Below, one piece after another: positions 9,533-19,054 of a DNA stretch of 64,000 bases (its first letter is position 1; every line of letters begins with the position of its first letter). The notes below the pieces were generated by a model. The model was given only the letters and a program-made list of their open reading frames with translations, ran no database searches and had not been told where the DNA came from. The stretch lies in assembly GCA_902617975.1 (NCBI GenBank), contig CACMYV010000003.1, forward strand, positions 23,394 to 87,393, written 5' to 3'. A program made the translations under genes and the position numbers. This DNA comes from an uncultured Pelagibacteraceae bacterium. Lineage in GTDB: Bacteria > Pseudomonadota > Alphaproteobacteria > Pelagibacterales > Pelagibacteraceae.

Positions 9533-10328
9533 AATGTTATTTGCAAAAATTCTGTTTTATATTTTTATTATTTACTTTGTAGTTTCTCTAATAGTTTATT
9601 TTTATCAAAGAAAATTATTATACCATCCTGGAGAAAATAATTATTTAGATGAGGGACCTTTATCTCACAAAATCGAAAAAGTAACTATTCAATCTGATAA
9701 TGATCTAGTTGGATGGTATTACAAAAAAAATAATAACTCTAAAACTTTGCTTTTTTTTCACGGAAATGCTGGAAAATTAGATAATAGAATTTATAAACTA
9801 AATGAGTTTGCAGATTTAGATTTAAACTATTTAATTTTTGCATATAGAGGCTTTAGTGGAAACAAAGGCAAACCAACAGAAATTGGACTTTACAAAGATG
9901 CAATTAAAGCCAAGGAATGGCTTAATCAAAACAATATAGAAGATAAAGATATTGTTCTCTATGGAGAGTCTCTTGGCACTGCTGTAGCAATAGAGACCGC
10001 AAGTAACAATTTATTTGCAGGTATAATATTAGAGTCCCCATTTACATCCATGGAGATTTTGGCACAAAAATATTACCCATATCTTCCTGCAAAAATTATT
10101 TTAAAAGATAAATACAAATCCATTGAAAAAATTAACAAAATAAAGTTTCCCATGCATGTGATGCACGGGAAAAAGGATAATATTGTGCCATTTTATATGG
10201 GTGAAGAAATATTTAATAAATATGGTGGAGTTAAGTCAAATTATTTTAATGACAACGATGATCATATGATGGAATTTAATAAAGGTTTAATTCAATCAAT
10301 CGATAATTTTATAAAAAGTTTAAATTAA
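9516..10328 (+). CDS. Membrane-anchored alpha/beta hydrolase (ABHD13/YfhR-like)
   Basis: N-terminal TM segment, FHGNAG, YRGFS, nucleophile GESLG, HGKKD and DH triad motifs; the start may instead be the ATG at 9534. Confidence 0.88.
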   Translation: MKLKPKMLFAKILFYIFIIYFVVSLIVYFYQRKLLYHPGENNYLDEGPLSHKIEKVTIQSDNDLVGWYYKKNNNSKTLLFFHGNAGKLDNRIYKLNEFADLDLNYLIFAYRGFSGNKGKPTEIGLYKDAIKAKEWLNQNNIEDKDIVLYGESLGTAVAIETASNNLFAGIILESPFTSMEILAQKYYPYLPAKIILKDKYKSIEKINKIKFPMHVMHGKKDNIVPFYMGEEIFNKYGGVKSNYFNDNDDHMMEFNKGLIQSIDNFIKSLN

Positions 10329-10342
10329 GACATAATTTAAAC
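10318..10342. repeat. Perfect 10-bp inverted repeat with a 5-nt spacer
   Basis: GTTTAAATTA-agaca-TAATTTAAAC spans the hydrolase stop codon, upstream of the orphan ORF; AT-rich, function unknown. Confidence 0.5.
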
Positions 10343-10363
10343 AAATCCACATCACTTTTAAAT

Positions 10364-10369
10364 TATAAT
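10364..10369 (+). promoter_or_regulatory. -10 box (TATAAT) of a probable leaderless promoter
   Basis: TATAAT ends 7 nt before the ATG at 10377; no SD sequence. Confidence 0.4.
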
Positions 10370-10376
10370 TTTAGAT

Positions 10377-10940
10377 ATGTTTAAATTTCTTTTATTACTT
10401 TTTTTATTAATATTGCCAACAAAACTTAGTTCAGAAATAAATAATGAGTACTATGATAACAATTATTTCCATATTGGAAAAATGAACTCTTACAATAGCG
10501 AGTTCACTCTATATTTTAAAACACGGAAGAAAGCTATTTTAGCAAAGGGAGAATTTTCTAATTATATCAATGATTTTCCACAGGACTTATACTTATATGA
10601 TAAAAATTTAAATAAAGATTACCCTTTGATTTCATATGACTGGTTTTCAAAAAAAGTAAAAAAAATTTCAAAAAAATATAATTACCCACTTTTCCCAGAG
10701 GATTTTGCTTACTATTTATTAAATGACAACAACACTTTAATTTTGATAAGTGCAAAAAAAAATTTTTATGAAAATTTAAAATATGACATAAAAAATAATA
10801 AGCTAGAAATTGCTAATACCTCTGGCAAATTAAATTTTATAATCTCTTCTTATGCTGAAAACTGTGGTTATAAATCTCTAAAAAATAATTTTGAGTGCAA
10901 CATTTATAAACCTTTAATTTCTAAAAATTTGCTTAATTAA
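10377..10940 (+). CDS. Hypothetical exported protein
   Basis: 187 aa ORF filling the gap; signal peptide-like N-terminus MFKFLLLLFLLILPTKLSS; two C-terminal Cys; no family recognised. Confidence 0.7.
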   Translation: MFKFLLLLFLLILPTKLSSEINNEYYDNNYFHIGKMNSYNSEFTLYFKTRKKAILAKGEFSNYINDFPQDLYLYDKNLNKDYPLISYDWFSKKVKKISKKYNYPLFPEDFAYYLLNDNNTLILISAKKNFYENLKYDIKNNKLEIANTSGKLNFIISSYAENCGYKSLKNNFECNIYKPLISKNLLN

Positions 10941-11850
10941 CTTGGGTAAATGCACTTGCAAACTTCTCAGCTTCAAATATTTGTAAGTCATCCTCTTTTT
11001 CTCCAAGCCCGAGACCAACAATAGGTACTTTATATTTCTTTGAAATCGCAATTAATATTCCACCTTTTGCAGTTCCATCAAGTTTTGTCATTATGATGCC
11101 TGTGATTGGAAGTAATTTATTAAATTCTTCGAGTTGATTAATTATATTTTGTCCCGATGTTGCATCTAAAACTAAGATAACCTCGTGAGGTGCTGTTTCA
11201 TCACTTTTTTTAATTACATTCCCTATTTTTTTTAATTCATCCATTAAATTCTTTTTATTTTGTAATCTTCCTGCCGTGTCTACTATTACTTGATTTATGT
11301 TTTGACTTTGAGCTATTTCCATTGCTTTAAAAGCAACTGAAGCCGGATCAGAACCAGGATCTGATTTTACAATTTTAGCATCAACCCTGTTAGCCCATTC
11401 TTCTAATTGATCAATAGCAGCTGCTCTAAATGTATCGCATGCTGAAAAAAGAACTTTATTATTATTTTGTATAAATATTTTTCCTAATTTTCCAATAGTA
11501 GTTGTCTTACCAACTCCATTAACACCTGAAACTAGTATTATATTTGTCTTTTCCTTTTTTAAAAAAAAATCTTTTTTTTCTAGGGGTGTCATTAGTTCTA
11601 AAATATAATTATTTAGTATTTCGAAAACTTCCTTGATTGGATCATTTTTAGGATCAATCTTTTTTTGAGCAATTATAGATTTTATCTCTGATGCTGCATC
11701 TATGCCCACATCTGAGCCGATCAAGAATTCTTCTATTTTATCAAGAGTTGCATCGTCAATTTCTTTCTTAACTATTATTTCTTTAAGGCCTGATGCTATA
11801 TTGCTTGCACTTCTTTTAAATCCGATTTTAAATTTTTCAAAAATACCCAT
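10933..11850 (-). CDS. ftsY: Signal recognition particle receptor FtsY
   Basis: GVNGVGKTTT, DTFRAAA, DTAGR and TKLDGTAKGG motifs. Confidence 0.97.
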   Translation of the reverse strand: MGIFEKFKIGFKRSASNIASGLKEIIVKKEIDDATLDKIEEFLIGSDVGIDAASEIKSIIAQKKIDPKNDPIKEVFEILNNYILELMTPLEKKDFFLKKEKTNIILVSGVNGVGKTTTIGKLGKIFIQNNNKVLFSACDTFRAAAIDQLEEWANRVDAKIVKSDPGSDPASVAFKAMEIAQSQNINQVIVDTAGRLQNKKNLMDELKKIGNVIKKSDETAPHEVILVLDATSGQNIINQLEEFNKLLPITGIIMTKLDGTAKGGILIAISKKYKVPIVGLGLGEKEDDLQIFEAEKFASAFTQVN

Positions 11851-12674
11851 TATATTTTGATATTAATCTTTTCAATTTCAGATACAGGACCTCTCATTTT
11901 TATATTTAATTCATTATCAATTTGAATATTTAAAATTCCTGTTGAAAATTCTATTTTTGAATTACTGTTTTGTAGTTGATTTAAATTAGCTGCGACTGCT
12001 GTTGCACATGCTGCAGTCCCGCAAGCTTTTGTTAAACCTGCACCCCTCTCCCAAACTTTAATTTTGTAATGTTGTTCACTAATTTTTTGAGCTATTGTGA
12101 CATTACATTTTTCAGGGAAAACTTCATGATTTTCTATTAATGGTCCATATTTTTTTAAATTTATTTTTTCTATATCCTCACAAAAATATACTACATGAGG
12201 GTTGCCAACATTCACTGCAATACCACCATTAATTTTATTTCCGTCAATATCAATCATACCAAGTGATAGATTTTTAGTATCAAGATTTTTACTTAAAGGA
12301 ATTTTGTTCCACTCTAAATTTGGAGTTCCAATTATCGTTTCAACATCTTTATTATTAAGAACTTTAGATTTTAATATTTTTGAGGATACCAAAATTTCAA
12401 TTTCTTTTTTATTTTTTTCAATACTTAGTAAATAAGCAACACATCTAGTTCCATTTCCACATGCATCTGAGCGGCTTCCATCCGAGTTAAAAAAAGCAAC
12501 ATCAGCATCAGCTTTTTGACTTTTGTTTATGTAGATCAACTGATCGCACCCTATGAAATCTCTGTCACAAATTTTTAAGATTTGGTCATTTGATAAGTTT
12601 AAACTATTTATCCTCTGATCAATAATAACAAAGTCGTTACCTAACCCATCCATTTTAAATGCTTCAAATTCCAT
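11850..12674 (-). CDS. dapF: Diaminopimelate epimerase
   Basis: GLGNDF, CGNGTRC, GNPH and ERGAGLTKACGT motifs. Confidence 0.96.
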   Translation of the reverse strand: MEFEAFKMDGLGNDFVIIDQRINSLNLSNDQILKICDRDFIGCDQLIYINKSQKADADVAFFNSDGSRSDACGNGTRCVAYLLSIEKNKKEIEILVSSKILKSKVLNNKDVETIIGTPNLEWNKIPLSKNLDTKNLSLGMIDIDGNKINGGIAVNVGNPHVVYFCEDIEKINLKKYGPLIENHEVFPEKCNVTIAQKISEQHYKIKVWERGAGLTKACGTAACATAVAANLNQLQNSNSKIEFSTGILNIQIDNELNIKMRGPVSEIEKINIKI

Positions 12675-12697
12675 ATAAATAATACTTAACTTATTTA

Positions 12698-12725
12698 TTG
12701 ACTTTTTGAACCTCTAATATAATTT
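12698..12725 (+). promoter_or_regulatory. Putative sigma70 promoter for the ffh leader
   Basis: TTGACT-16 nt-TAATTT immediately before the GC-rich structured leader. Confidence 0.45.
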
Positions 12726-12727
12726 AC

Positions 12728-12830
12728 GCGCACTTCCGCAAAATACAGCAATTTGCGGTGTCTTTGGAAACAAAGAGATCGACACCAGTCAGCGAGGGTT
12801 CGCCCACTGGTGCGATACTTGCTGTGCAAA
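12728..12830 (+). ncRNA. ffh leader structured RNA (ffh motif)
   Basis: GC-rich island before the ffh ATG with stems CCGCAAA/TTTGCGG (12736-12758), TCTTTG-GAAA-CAAAGA (12761-12776) and CACCAGT..GCGA-gggt-TCGC..ACTGGTG (12783-12812). An ffh RNA motif is described for Pelagibacter and other alphaproteobacteria. Confidence 0.8.
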
Positions 12831-12833
12831 ATT

Positions 12834-14192
12834 ATGTTTGAAAATTTAAGTAATAAATTTGAGGAAATTTTTTCTTCATTAAAAAAAGCTCCTTCTCTTG
12901 ATGAAAAGCAAGTTGACGAGGGTTTAAAAAGTATAAGGTTGGCTTTATTAGAAGCCGATGTTTCTTTAGACGTAGTTAAGGAGTTTATTAGTAGAGTTAA
13001 GCCCAAAGCGCTAGGTCAGGAAATTATAAGGTCAACTTCTCCCGGAGATATGGTTGTAAAAATCGTTTATGACGAAATAATATCTTTTTTAGGTGATAAG
13101 AATTCTGAAATCTCCCTTAATGCTGTCCCTCCAGTTCCAATCATGTTAGTTGGATTGCAAGGTTCGGGAAAAACCACAACAACCTCAAAATTAGCAAAAT
13201 TTTTAGAAAAAAATAATAAGAAAAAAGTAATGATGGCTAGTTTGGACGTTTACAGACCTGCCGCGCAAGAGCAATTGAGACTTTTGGGTGAACAAAATAA
13301 TATTGAAACTTTGCCAATTATAGAAGGCCAGCTTCCTGCTGATATTTGTAGAAGAGCTTTAAGTGCTGCAAATTTAAATGGTTGTGAAGTAGTTTTATTT
13401 GATACTGCTGGAAGAACACAAATAGATTTTCAAATGATGAATGAAATCAAACAAATTGAAACTATTATTAATCCTGCAGAAACTATACTAGTAGCAGATT
13501 CTCTAACAGGTCAAGTTGCTGCTAATGTAGCAAAGGAATTTAAAAATACAGTAAATTTGAGCGGCATTATACTTACAAGAGCAGATGGAGATGGAAGAGG
13601 TGGAGCTGCATTGAGTATGAAATATGTTGCTGAGGTCCCCATAAAGTTTCTTGGTGTTGGAGAAAAAATAGAGAATTTTGAAGTTTTCCATCCTGATCGA
13701 ATTGCAAATAGAATTTTGGGAATGGGAGATATCGTTTCCTTAGTTGAAAAAGCTTCAGAAGATTTAGATCAAGAAAATTTAAAGAAAACAGAAGAGAAAC
13801 TTAAAAAAGGTCAATTCTCGATGGAAGATTATCTTTCTCAATTACGTCAAATGAAAAAGATGGGTGGAATAGAAGGTATAATGTCATTTCTCCCTGGAGT
13901 TTCAAAAATTAAATCACAAATGGACCAATCAGGAATAGATGAAAAAATTATAACTCAAAATGAAGCTGTTATTTTATCAATGACAAAGCAAGAAAGAGAA
14001 AATCCTAAAATTATAAATGGATCAAGAAAAAAAAGAATTGCTAATGGCTCAGGTACAGACATTGCCACTATCAATAAGTTGTTAAAACAATTTAAGATGA
14101 TGTCAGAAATGATGAAAAAAATGTCTAAAGGAAACATGAAAGGAATGGCGGATAAAGGGATCCCGCCTGAACTATTTAATCAATTAAAATAA
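12834..14192 (+). CDS. ffh: Signal recognition particle protein Ffh
   Basis: MFENLS start, GLQGSGKTTT, DTAGR, RILGMGD and a Met-rich M domain. Start moved from the track's TTG at 12753 to the ATG at 12834. Confidence 0.97.
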   Translation: MFENLSNKFEEIFSSLKKAPSLDEKQVDEGLKSIRLALLEADVSLDVVKEFISRVKPKALGQEIIRSTSPGDMVVKIVYDEIISFLGDKNSEISLNAVPPVPIMLVGLQGSGKTTTTSKLAKFLEKNNKKKVMMASLDVYRPAAQEQLRLLGEQNNIETLPIIEGQLPADICRRALSAANLNGCEVVLFDTAGRTQIDFQMMNEIKQIETIINPAETILVADSLTGQVAANVAKEFKNTVNLSGIILTRADGDGRGGAALSMKYVAEVPIKFLGVGEKIENFEVFHPDRIANRILGMGDIVSLVEKASEDLDQENLKKTEEKLKKGQFSMEDYLSQLRQMKKMGGIEGIMSFLPGVSKIKSQMDQSGIDEKIITQNEAVILSMTKQERENPKIINGSRKKRIANGSGTDIATINKLLKQFKMMSEMMKKMSKGNMKGMADKGIPPELFNQLK

Positions 14193-14206
14193 AGGAGATA
14201 TAAGTA

Positions 14207-14623
14207 ATGTTAAAAATGAGACTATCAATGGGAGGTACTAAAAAAAGGCCAGTATATAAAATTGTTGTGGCTGATAGTAGATTTCCAAGAGACGGAAGGT
14301 TTATAGAAAAATTAGGTTTTTATAATCCGTTATTACCGAAGGATAAAAAGGAAAGAATTGGCTTAGATTCTGAGCGAATTAAATATTGGTTAGGTCAAGG
14401 AGCTCAGCCAACAACAAGAGTTGCAAGGTTATTGGGAGAAAACGATATAATGCCAATGCCTGAGAAAGGAAACAATCCTCAAAAAGCAATTCCTAAAAAA
14501 GATAGAAAAAAAGCTGACGAAGGTGGAGAAGCGAAACCAGAAGGAGATGCATCTAAGCCAGCAGAAGCACCTAAGGAAGAAGCTAAGCCAGCAGAAGCAC
14601 CTAAGGAAGAAGAAAAAAAATAA
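14207..14623 (+). CDS. rpsP: 30S ribosomal protein S16 with a low-complexity C-terminal tail
   Basis: [23 protein letters not shown] and GAQPT motifs; AGGAG SD upstream. Confidence 0.96.
   Translation: MLKMRLSMGGTKKRPVYKIVVADSRFPRDGRFIEKLGFYNPLLPKDKKERIGLDSERIKYWLGQGAQPTTRVARLLGENDIMPMPEKGNNPQKAIPKKDRKKADEGGEAKPEGDASKPAEAPKEEAKPAEAPKEEEKK
14553..14612 (+). repeat. Perfect 30-bp tandem duplication within the rpsP tail
   Basis: CTAAGCCAGCAGAAGCACCTAAGGAAGAAG occurs twice (14553-14582, 14583-14612), encoding KPAEAPKEE twice. Confidence 0.9.
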
Positions 14624-15318
14624 TGTTAGAAGCTCGTATATTCACACTCTATCCAGATTTTTTTCCAGGTTATTTAGGTCAAGGTATTTTTGGTAAAGCA
14701 CTATCAGAGAATAAATGGAAAATAGATACTGTGGATATAAGAGAGTATGCATTTGATAAACATAAAACTGTTGATGACACTCCCTATGGAGGAGGTGAAG
14801 GTATGTTAATGAAAGCAGATGTATTAGCAAAATCAATAGATAAGAATGTTAAAGATGGCGAAAAGATTATTTATCTAAGTCCGAAGGGTAAGTTGTTCAA
14901 TCATCAATTAGCAAAACAACTATCTCAAGAAAAAACAATAAATATAATTTGTGGACACTTTGAAGGAGTTGATGAAAGATTATTAAAAACAAGAAATATT
15001 GAGGAAGTAAGTATAGGAGACTTTGTTTTATCTGGAGGTGAAGGAGCTTCATTTGTAATTCTTGATGCAATTTTAAGATTTATTCCTGGTATTCTTGGCA
15101 ATACAAATTCAGCTAAAGAAGAAAGTTTTGAAAACGGACTTTTAGAGTATCCTCAATTTACAAAACCTCAAATATGGGAGGAAAAAAGTGTTCCAGATGT
15201 GCTATTATCAGGCGATCACGCCAAAATTAAAGACTGGCGTTTATCTCAATCTGAGGCTATAACACGCGACCGAAGACCAGATTTGTGGCAATTATATAAA
15301 AAGACTAAAGAGAATTAA
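14623..15318 (+). CDS. trmD: tRNA (guanine37-N1)-methyltransferase
   Basis: [30 protein letters not shown] and LLSGDH motifs. Confidence 0.97.
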   Translation: MLEARIFTLYPDFFPGYLGQGIFGKALSENKWKIDTVDIREYAFDKHKTVDDTPYGGGEGMLMKADVLAKSIDKNVKDGEKIIYLSPKGKLFNHQLAKQLSQEKTINIICGHFEGVDERLLKTRNIEEVSIGDFVLSGGEGASFVILDAILRFIPGILGNTNSAKEESFENGLLEYPQFTKPQIWEEKSVPDVLLSGDHAKIKDWRLSQSEAITRDRRPDLWQLYKKTKEN

Positions 15319-15319
15319 A

Positions 15320-15901
15320 ATGAAGACAATTGAAGAAATTAATCAATCTAAAGTAAAAAAAATTATTTCTGAGAGAAAGCATCCAGAATTTTTCCCAGGG
15401 GACATTGTTAAAGTTGGAGTTAGAATAACCGAGGGAAAAAGAGATCGTATTCAATATTTTGAAGGTGTGTGTATTGCGAAAAAAAATAGAGATATCAATT
15501 CTTCTTTTACTGTAAGAAAAATTTCTTTTGGTGAGGGTGTGGAAAGAACATTTGCTTTATATAGTCCGATTGTAGATACAATTAAAGTTGTAAGGTCAGG
15601 AAAAGTTAGAAGAGCCAAGTTATATTATTTGAGAGATAGAACAGGTAAATCTGCAAGAATTGCAGAAAAAATTAAAAAGAAAATAGGCATAGATGTCGAA
15701 ACTAAGATTCACGAAGTAACAGAAGAAAATGCTATGCCTGATACAGAGCAAAAAACAGCAGACAGCCCACAAGATACCAATAAAGATGCTCCAAAAGTAG
15801 AAGCAAAAAAACCAGAAGACAAAAAAGAAACTAAAGAAGAAACCCCATCAGTAGAAAAAAAAACTGATGAAAAAAAAGAGAATCCTGAAGTAAAAAAATA
15901 A
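15320..15901 (+). CDS. rplS: 50S ribosomal protein L19 with a charged C-terminal extension
   Basis: [14 protein letters not shown] and [10 protein letters not shown] motifs. Confidence 0.96.
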   Translation: MKTIEEINQSKVKKIISERKHPEFFPGDIVKVGVRITEGKRDRIQYFEGVCIAKKNRDINSSFTVRKISFGEGVERTFALYSPIVDTIKVVRSGKVRRAKLYYLRDRTGKSARIAEKIKKKIGIDVETKIHEVTEENAMPDTEQKTADSPQDTNKDAPKVEAKKPEDKKETKEETPSVEKKTDEKKENPEVKK

Positions 15902-15910
15902 TTTTTTACA

Positions 15911-17314
15911 ATGCCTCAAACTATATACGATAAAATATGGAATGATCACCTTGTTCATCAACAAGAAGATGGGACTTCACTTTTATTTGTTGATAGACAT
16001 TTAATTCATGAAGTTACTAGTCCACAAGCATTTGAAGGTTTAAGAAATTCTAATAGAAAAGTTAGACAACCTTCTTTAACTTTAGCAGTAGCAGATCACA
16101 ATGTTCCAACAACGGATAGATCTGTGCCTATTACTGACAAAGATTCAAAAATACAAATCGAGACACTAGAAAAAAACTGTGCAGAATTCGGAATAAATCT
16201 TTTTGGAATGAACGATAAAAGACAAGGAATAGTTCATATTATTGGTCCAGAACAGGGATTTACACAACCAGGAACGATTATCGTTTGTGGTGATAGTCAC
16301 ACTGCTACTCATGGAGCATTTGGTGCATTAGCATTCGGAATTGGAACTTCGGAAGTGGAACATGTCTTGGCAACACAGACTTTAGTTCAAAAAAAATCAA
16401 AAAATTTTAGAATAAACGTTAATGGATCTCTTCCTGTTGGAGTAACATCTAAGGATGTAATATTACAAATAATCGGAAAAATTGGTACAGCTGGTGGAAC
16501 TGGTTATGTAATTGAATATGCTGGAAACTTAATTTCGAATTTAAGTGTCGAACAAAGAATGACGATTTGCAATATGACAATTGAAGGTGGAGCAAGGGCT
16601 GGATTAATAGAGCCAGATGAAAAAGTTTTTAATTATTTAAAAGGTAAACCAATGTCTCCAAAGAATTCAAATTGGGACAAAGCATTAGAATACTGGAGTA
16701 AATTAAAGTCTGATGGTGATGCAGTTTTTGACAAAGAAATCAGTCTTGAGGGCAAAGATATTAAACCAATGGTAACTTGGGGAACTTCGCCTCAGGATGT
16801 AGTAGATATTGATGGAATTGTTCCTGATCCTGAAAATGAGCTAAACGAAGACAGAAAAAATTCTATTAATAGATCATTAAAATATATGGGTTTAAAGCCG
16901 AAAACTAAAATAAAAGATATTAGAATTGATAAAGTTTTTATTGGAAGTTGCACAAATGGAAGAATCGAAGATCTAAGAGAAGCTGCGAAAATCTTAAAAG
17001 ATAAAAAAATTGCTTCTCATGTAAATGCAATGATAGTTCCTGGTTCAGGATTAGTAAAACAACAAGCAGAGCAAGAAGGTTTAGATGTAATATTTAAAAA
17101 TTCTGGATTTGAATGGCGTGAGCCAGGTTGTTCAATGTGTTTAGCTATGAATGCAGATAAGTTGAAGCCAGAAGAAAGATGTGCATCAACATCAAATAGA
17201 AATTTCGAAGGAAGACAAGGACGAGGTGGAAGAACACATTTAGTTAGCCCAGCTATGGCTGCTGCAGCTGCTATATCTGGAAATTTAGATGATGTTAGAA
17301 AATACAATAGTTAA
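15911..17314 (+). CDS. leuC: 3-isopropylmalate dehydratase large subunit
   Basis: [29 protein letters not shown] and [12 protein letters not shown] motifs. Confidence 0.98.
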   Translation: MPQTIYDKIWNDHLVHQQEDGTSLLFVDRHLIHEVTSPQAFEGLRNSNRKVRQPSLTLAVADHNVPTTDRSVPITDKDSKIQIETLEKNCAEFGINLFGMNDKRQGIVHIIGPEQGFTQPGTIIVCGDSHTATHGAFGALAFGIGTSEVEHVLATQTLVQKKSKNFRINVNGSLPVGVTSKDVILQIIGKIGTAGGTGYVIEYAGNLISNLSVEQRMTICNMTIEGGARAGLIEPDEKVFNYLKGKPMSPKNSNWDKALEYWSKLKSDGDAVFDKEISLEGKDIKPMVTWGTSPQDVVDIDGIVPDPENELNEDRKNSINRSLKYMGLKPKTKIKDIRIDKVFIGSCTNGRIEDLREAAKILKDKKIASHVNAMIVPGSGLVKQQAEQEGLDVIFKNSGFEWREPGCSMCLAMNADKLKPEERCASTSNRNFEGRQGRGGRTHLVSPAMAAAAAISGNLDDVRKYNS

Positions 17315-17920
17315 ATGAACAAATTCTCAACATTAAAAAGTATTCCTGCATATTTACCAATTGTAAATATTGATACAGATATGATTATTCCAAAGCAATT
17401 TTTAAAAACAATAAAAAGAACAGGACTTGGAAAAAATTTATTTTATGAAATGAGATATGACGAAAAAGGTAAGGTAGTAGATGACTTTATCTTAAATAAA
17501 TCCCCATATGATAATTCTAAGATTCTAATTGCAGGCAATAATTTTGGATGTGGATCATCTAGAGAACATGCGCCATGGGCACTTTTAGACTTTGGTATCA
17601 CTTGCGTTATAAGCACTAGTTACGCAGATATATTTTATAATAATTGTTTTAAAAATGGAATATTGCCTATTAAAGTTAATGATGAACAGATAAAAGAACT
17701 TTCTGAATATTCTAAGAGACAAGAAGAAATTGCAATAAATTTACCAGATCAAAAAATAATTTTTGGAAATAAAGAAATCAAATTTGAATTAGATGAATTT
17801 AAAAAAAAATGTTTAATTGAGGGACTAGATGATATTGCACTGTCTTTGGAAAAGTCTAATAAAATAATTTCATTTGAAGAAAAATTAAAATCCGCAAAAC
17901 CTTGGATATTTAATGATTAA
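17315..17920 (+). CDS. leuD: 3-isopropylmalate dehydratase small subunit
   Basis: NIDTDMIIP and [11 protein letters not shown] motifs. Confidence 0.98.
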   Translation: MNKFSTLKSIPAYLPIVNIDTDMIIPKQFLKTIKRTGLGKNLFYEMRYDEKGKVVDDFILNKSPYDNSKILIAGNNFGCGSSREHAPWALLDFGITCVISTSYADIFYNNCFKNGILPIKVNDEQIKELSEYSKRQEEIAINLPDQKIIFGNKEIKFELDEFKKKCLIEGLDDIALSLEKSNKIISFEEKLKSAKPWIFND

Positions 17921-19022
17921 AGTCAAAAAAAGAAAATTCTTATTATTACCAGGTGATGGTATTGGTCCCGAGGTTATTGGTGAAGTTAAAAAAATTATAA
18001 CTTGGTTTAATGTAAATAAATCTCTTGATTTTGATATGGAAGAAGCTTTAGTTGGTGGAGCATCTTACGACAAGCACGGAACACCGATTACAGATGAAGT
18101 ATTTTATAAATCATTAGAATGTGAAGCAGTTATTTTAGGAGCTGTGGGTGGACCAAAATATGATAATTTAGATTTTTCCAAAAGACCTGAGAGAGCTCTT
18201 CTTAAGCTAAGAAAAGAATTAAAATTATTTGCAAATTTGAGGCCTGCAATTTGTTTTAAACAATTAGTGGAGGCATCTACGCTAAAACCTGAAATCGTAT
18301 CAGGTTTAGACATAATGATTGTTAGAGAATTGACAGGTGGTATTTATTTTGGTGAGCCGAGAGGTATCAAGCCAATTGATAATGGTGAACGTAAAGGAAT
18401 AAACACTCATACTTATACCTCATCAGAAATTAAAAGAGTTGCTAGAGTTGCATTTGATTTAGCAAAGAAGAGAAACAATAAAGTTACTTCCTGTGAAAAA
18501 TCGAATGTTATGGAAGCAGGTCAATTATGGAAAGAGGAAGTTCAAAATCTTCACGATAAAGAATTTAAAGATGTTGAGTTAAATCATATGCTTGCAGATA
18601 ATTGTGCAATGCAACTTTTGAGAAATCCAAAGCAATTTGATGTAATTGTGACAGATAATTTGTTTGGTGATATGTTGTCAGATGAAGCATCTATGCTGAC
18701 GGGATCTTTAGGTTTATTACCTTCAGCTTCTCTAGGTGCAAAAAATAAAGATGGTGAAATGAGAGCAATGTATGAGCCTGTTCATGGATCTGCTCCAGAC
18801 ATTGCTGGAAAAGGGATAGCAAATCCAATTGCAACTATCTTGAGTTTTGCAATGGCTTTGAGGTACTCTCTTGACTTAGATAAAGAAGCTGATGACTTAG
18901 AAAAAGCAGTGCAAAATGTACTAGATGATGGGTTAAGAACTAAAGATATTATGTCAAAAGGAACAAAAGAAACTTCAACTTCTGGTATGGGAGATGCGAT
19001 TATTGCATATTTGCAAAAATAA
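17913..19022 (+). CDS. leuB: 3-isopropylmalate dehydrogenase
   Basis: [26 protein letters not shown] and HGSAPDIAG motifs. Confidence 0.98.
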   Translation: MIKVKKRKFLLLPGDGIGPEVIGEVKKIITWFNVNKSLDFDMEEALVGGASYDKHGTPITDEVFYKSLECEAVILGAVGGPKYDNLDFSKRPERALLKLRKELKLFANLRPAICFKQLVEASTLKPEIVSGLDIMIVRELTGGIYFGEPRGIKPIDNGERKGINTHTYTSSEIKRVARVAFDLAKKRNNKVTSCEKSNVMEAGQLWKEEVQNLHDKEFKDVELNHMLADNCAMQLLRNPKQFDVIVTDNLFGDMLSDEASMLTGSLGLLPSASLGAKNKDGEMRAMYEPVHGSAPDIAGKGIANPIATILSFAMALRYSLDLDKEADDLEKAVQNVLDDGLRTKDIMSKGTKETSTSGMGDAIIAYLQK

Positions 19023-19054
19023 AAAAATTAACTTAATTTGATATTATTAAATTT

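Noticed and set aside
10318-10345. Palindrome considered as a dif or attachment site, or a CtrA box
   Set aside because: It does not match the XerC/XerD 11-6-11 layout or TTAA-N7-TTAA, and no integrase is nearby.
12753-12833. 27-aa N-terminal extension of Ffh from the TTG in the ORF track
   Set aside because: It runs through the structured RNA leader; Ffh homologues begin at MFENL (ATG 12834).
14553-14612. 30-bp direct repeat considered as a CRISPR remnant
   Set aside because: Two adjacent copies without a spacer, in frame within rpsP, and no cas genes.
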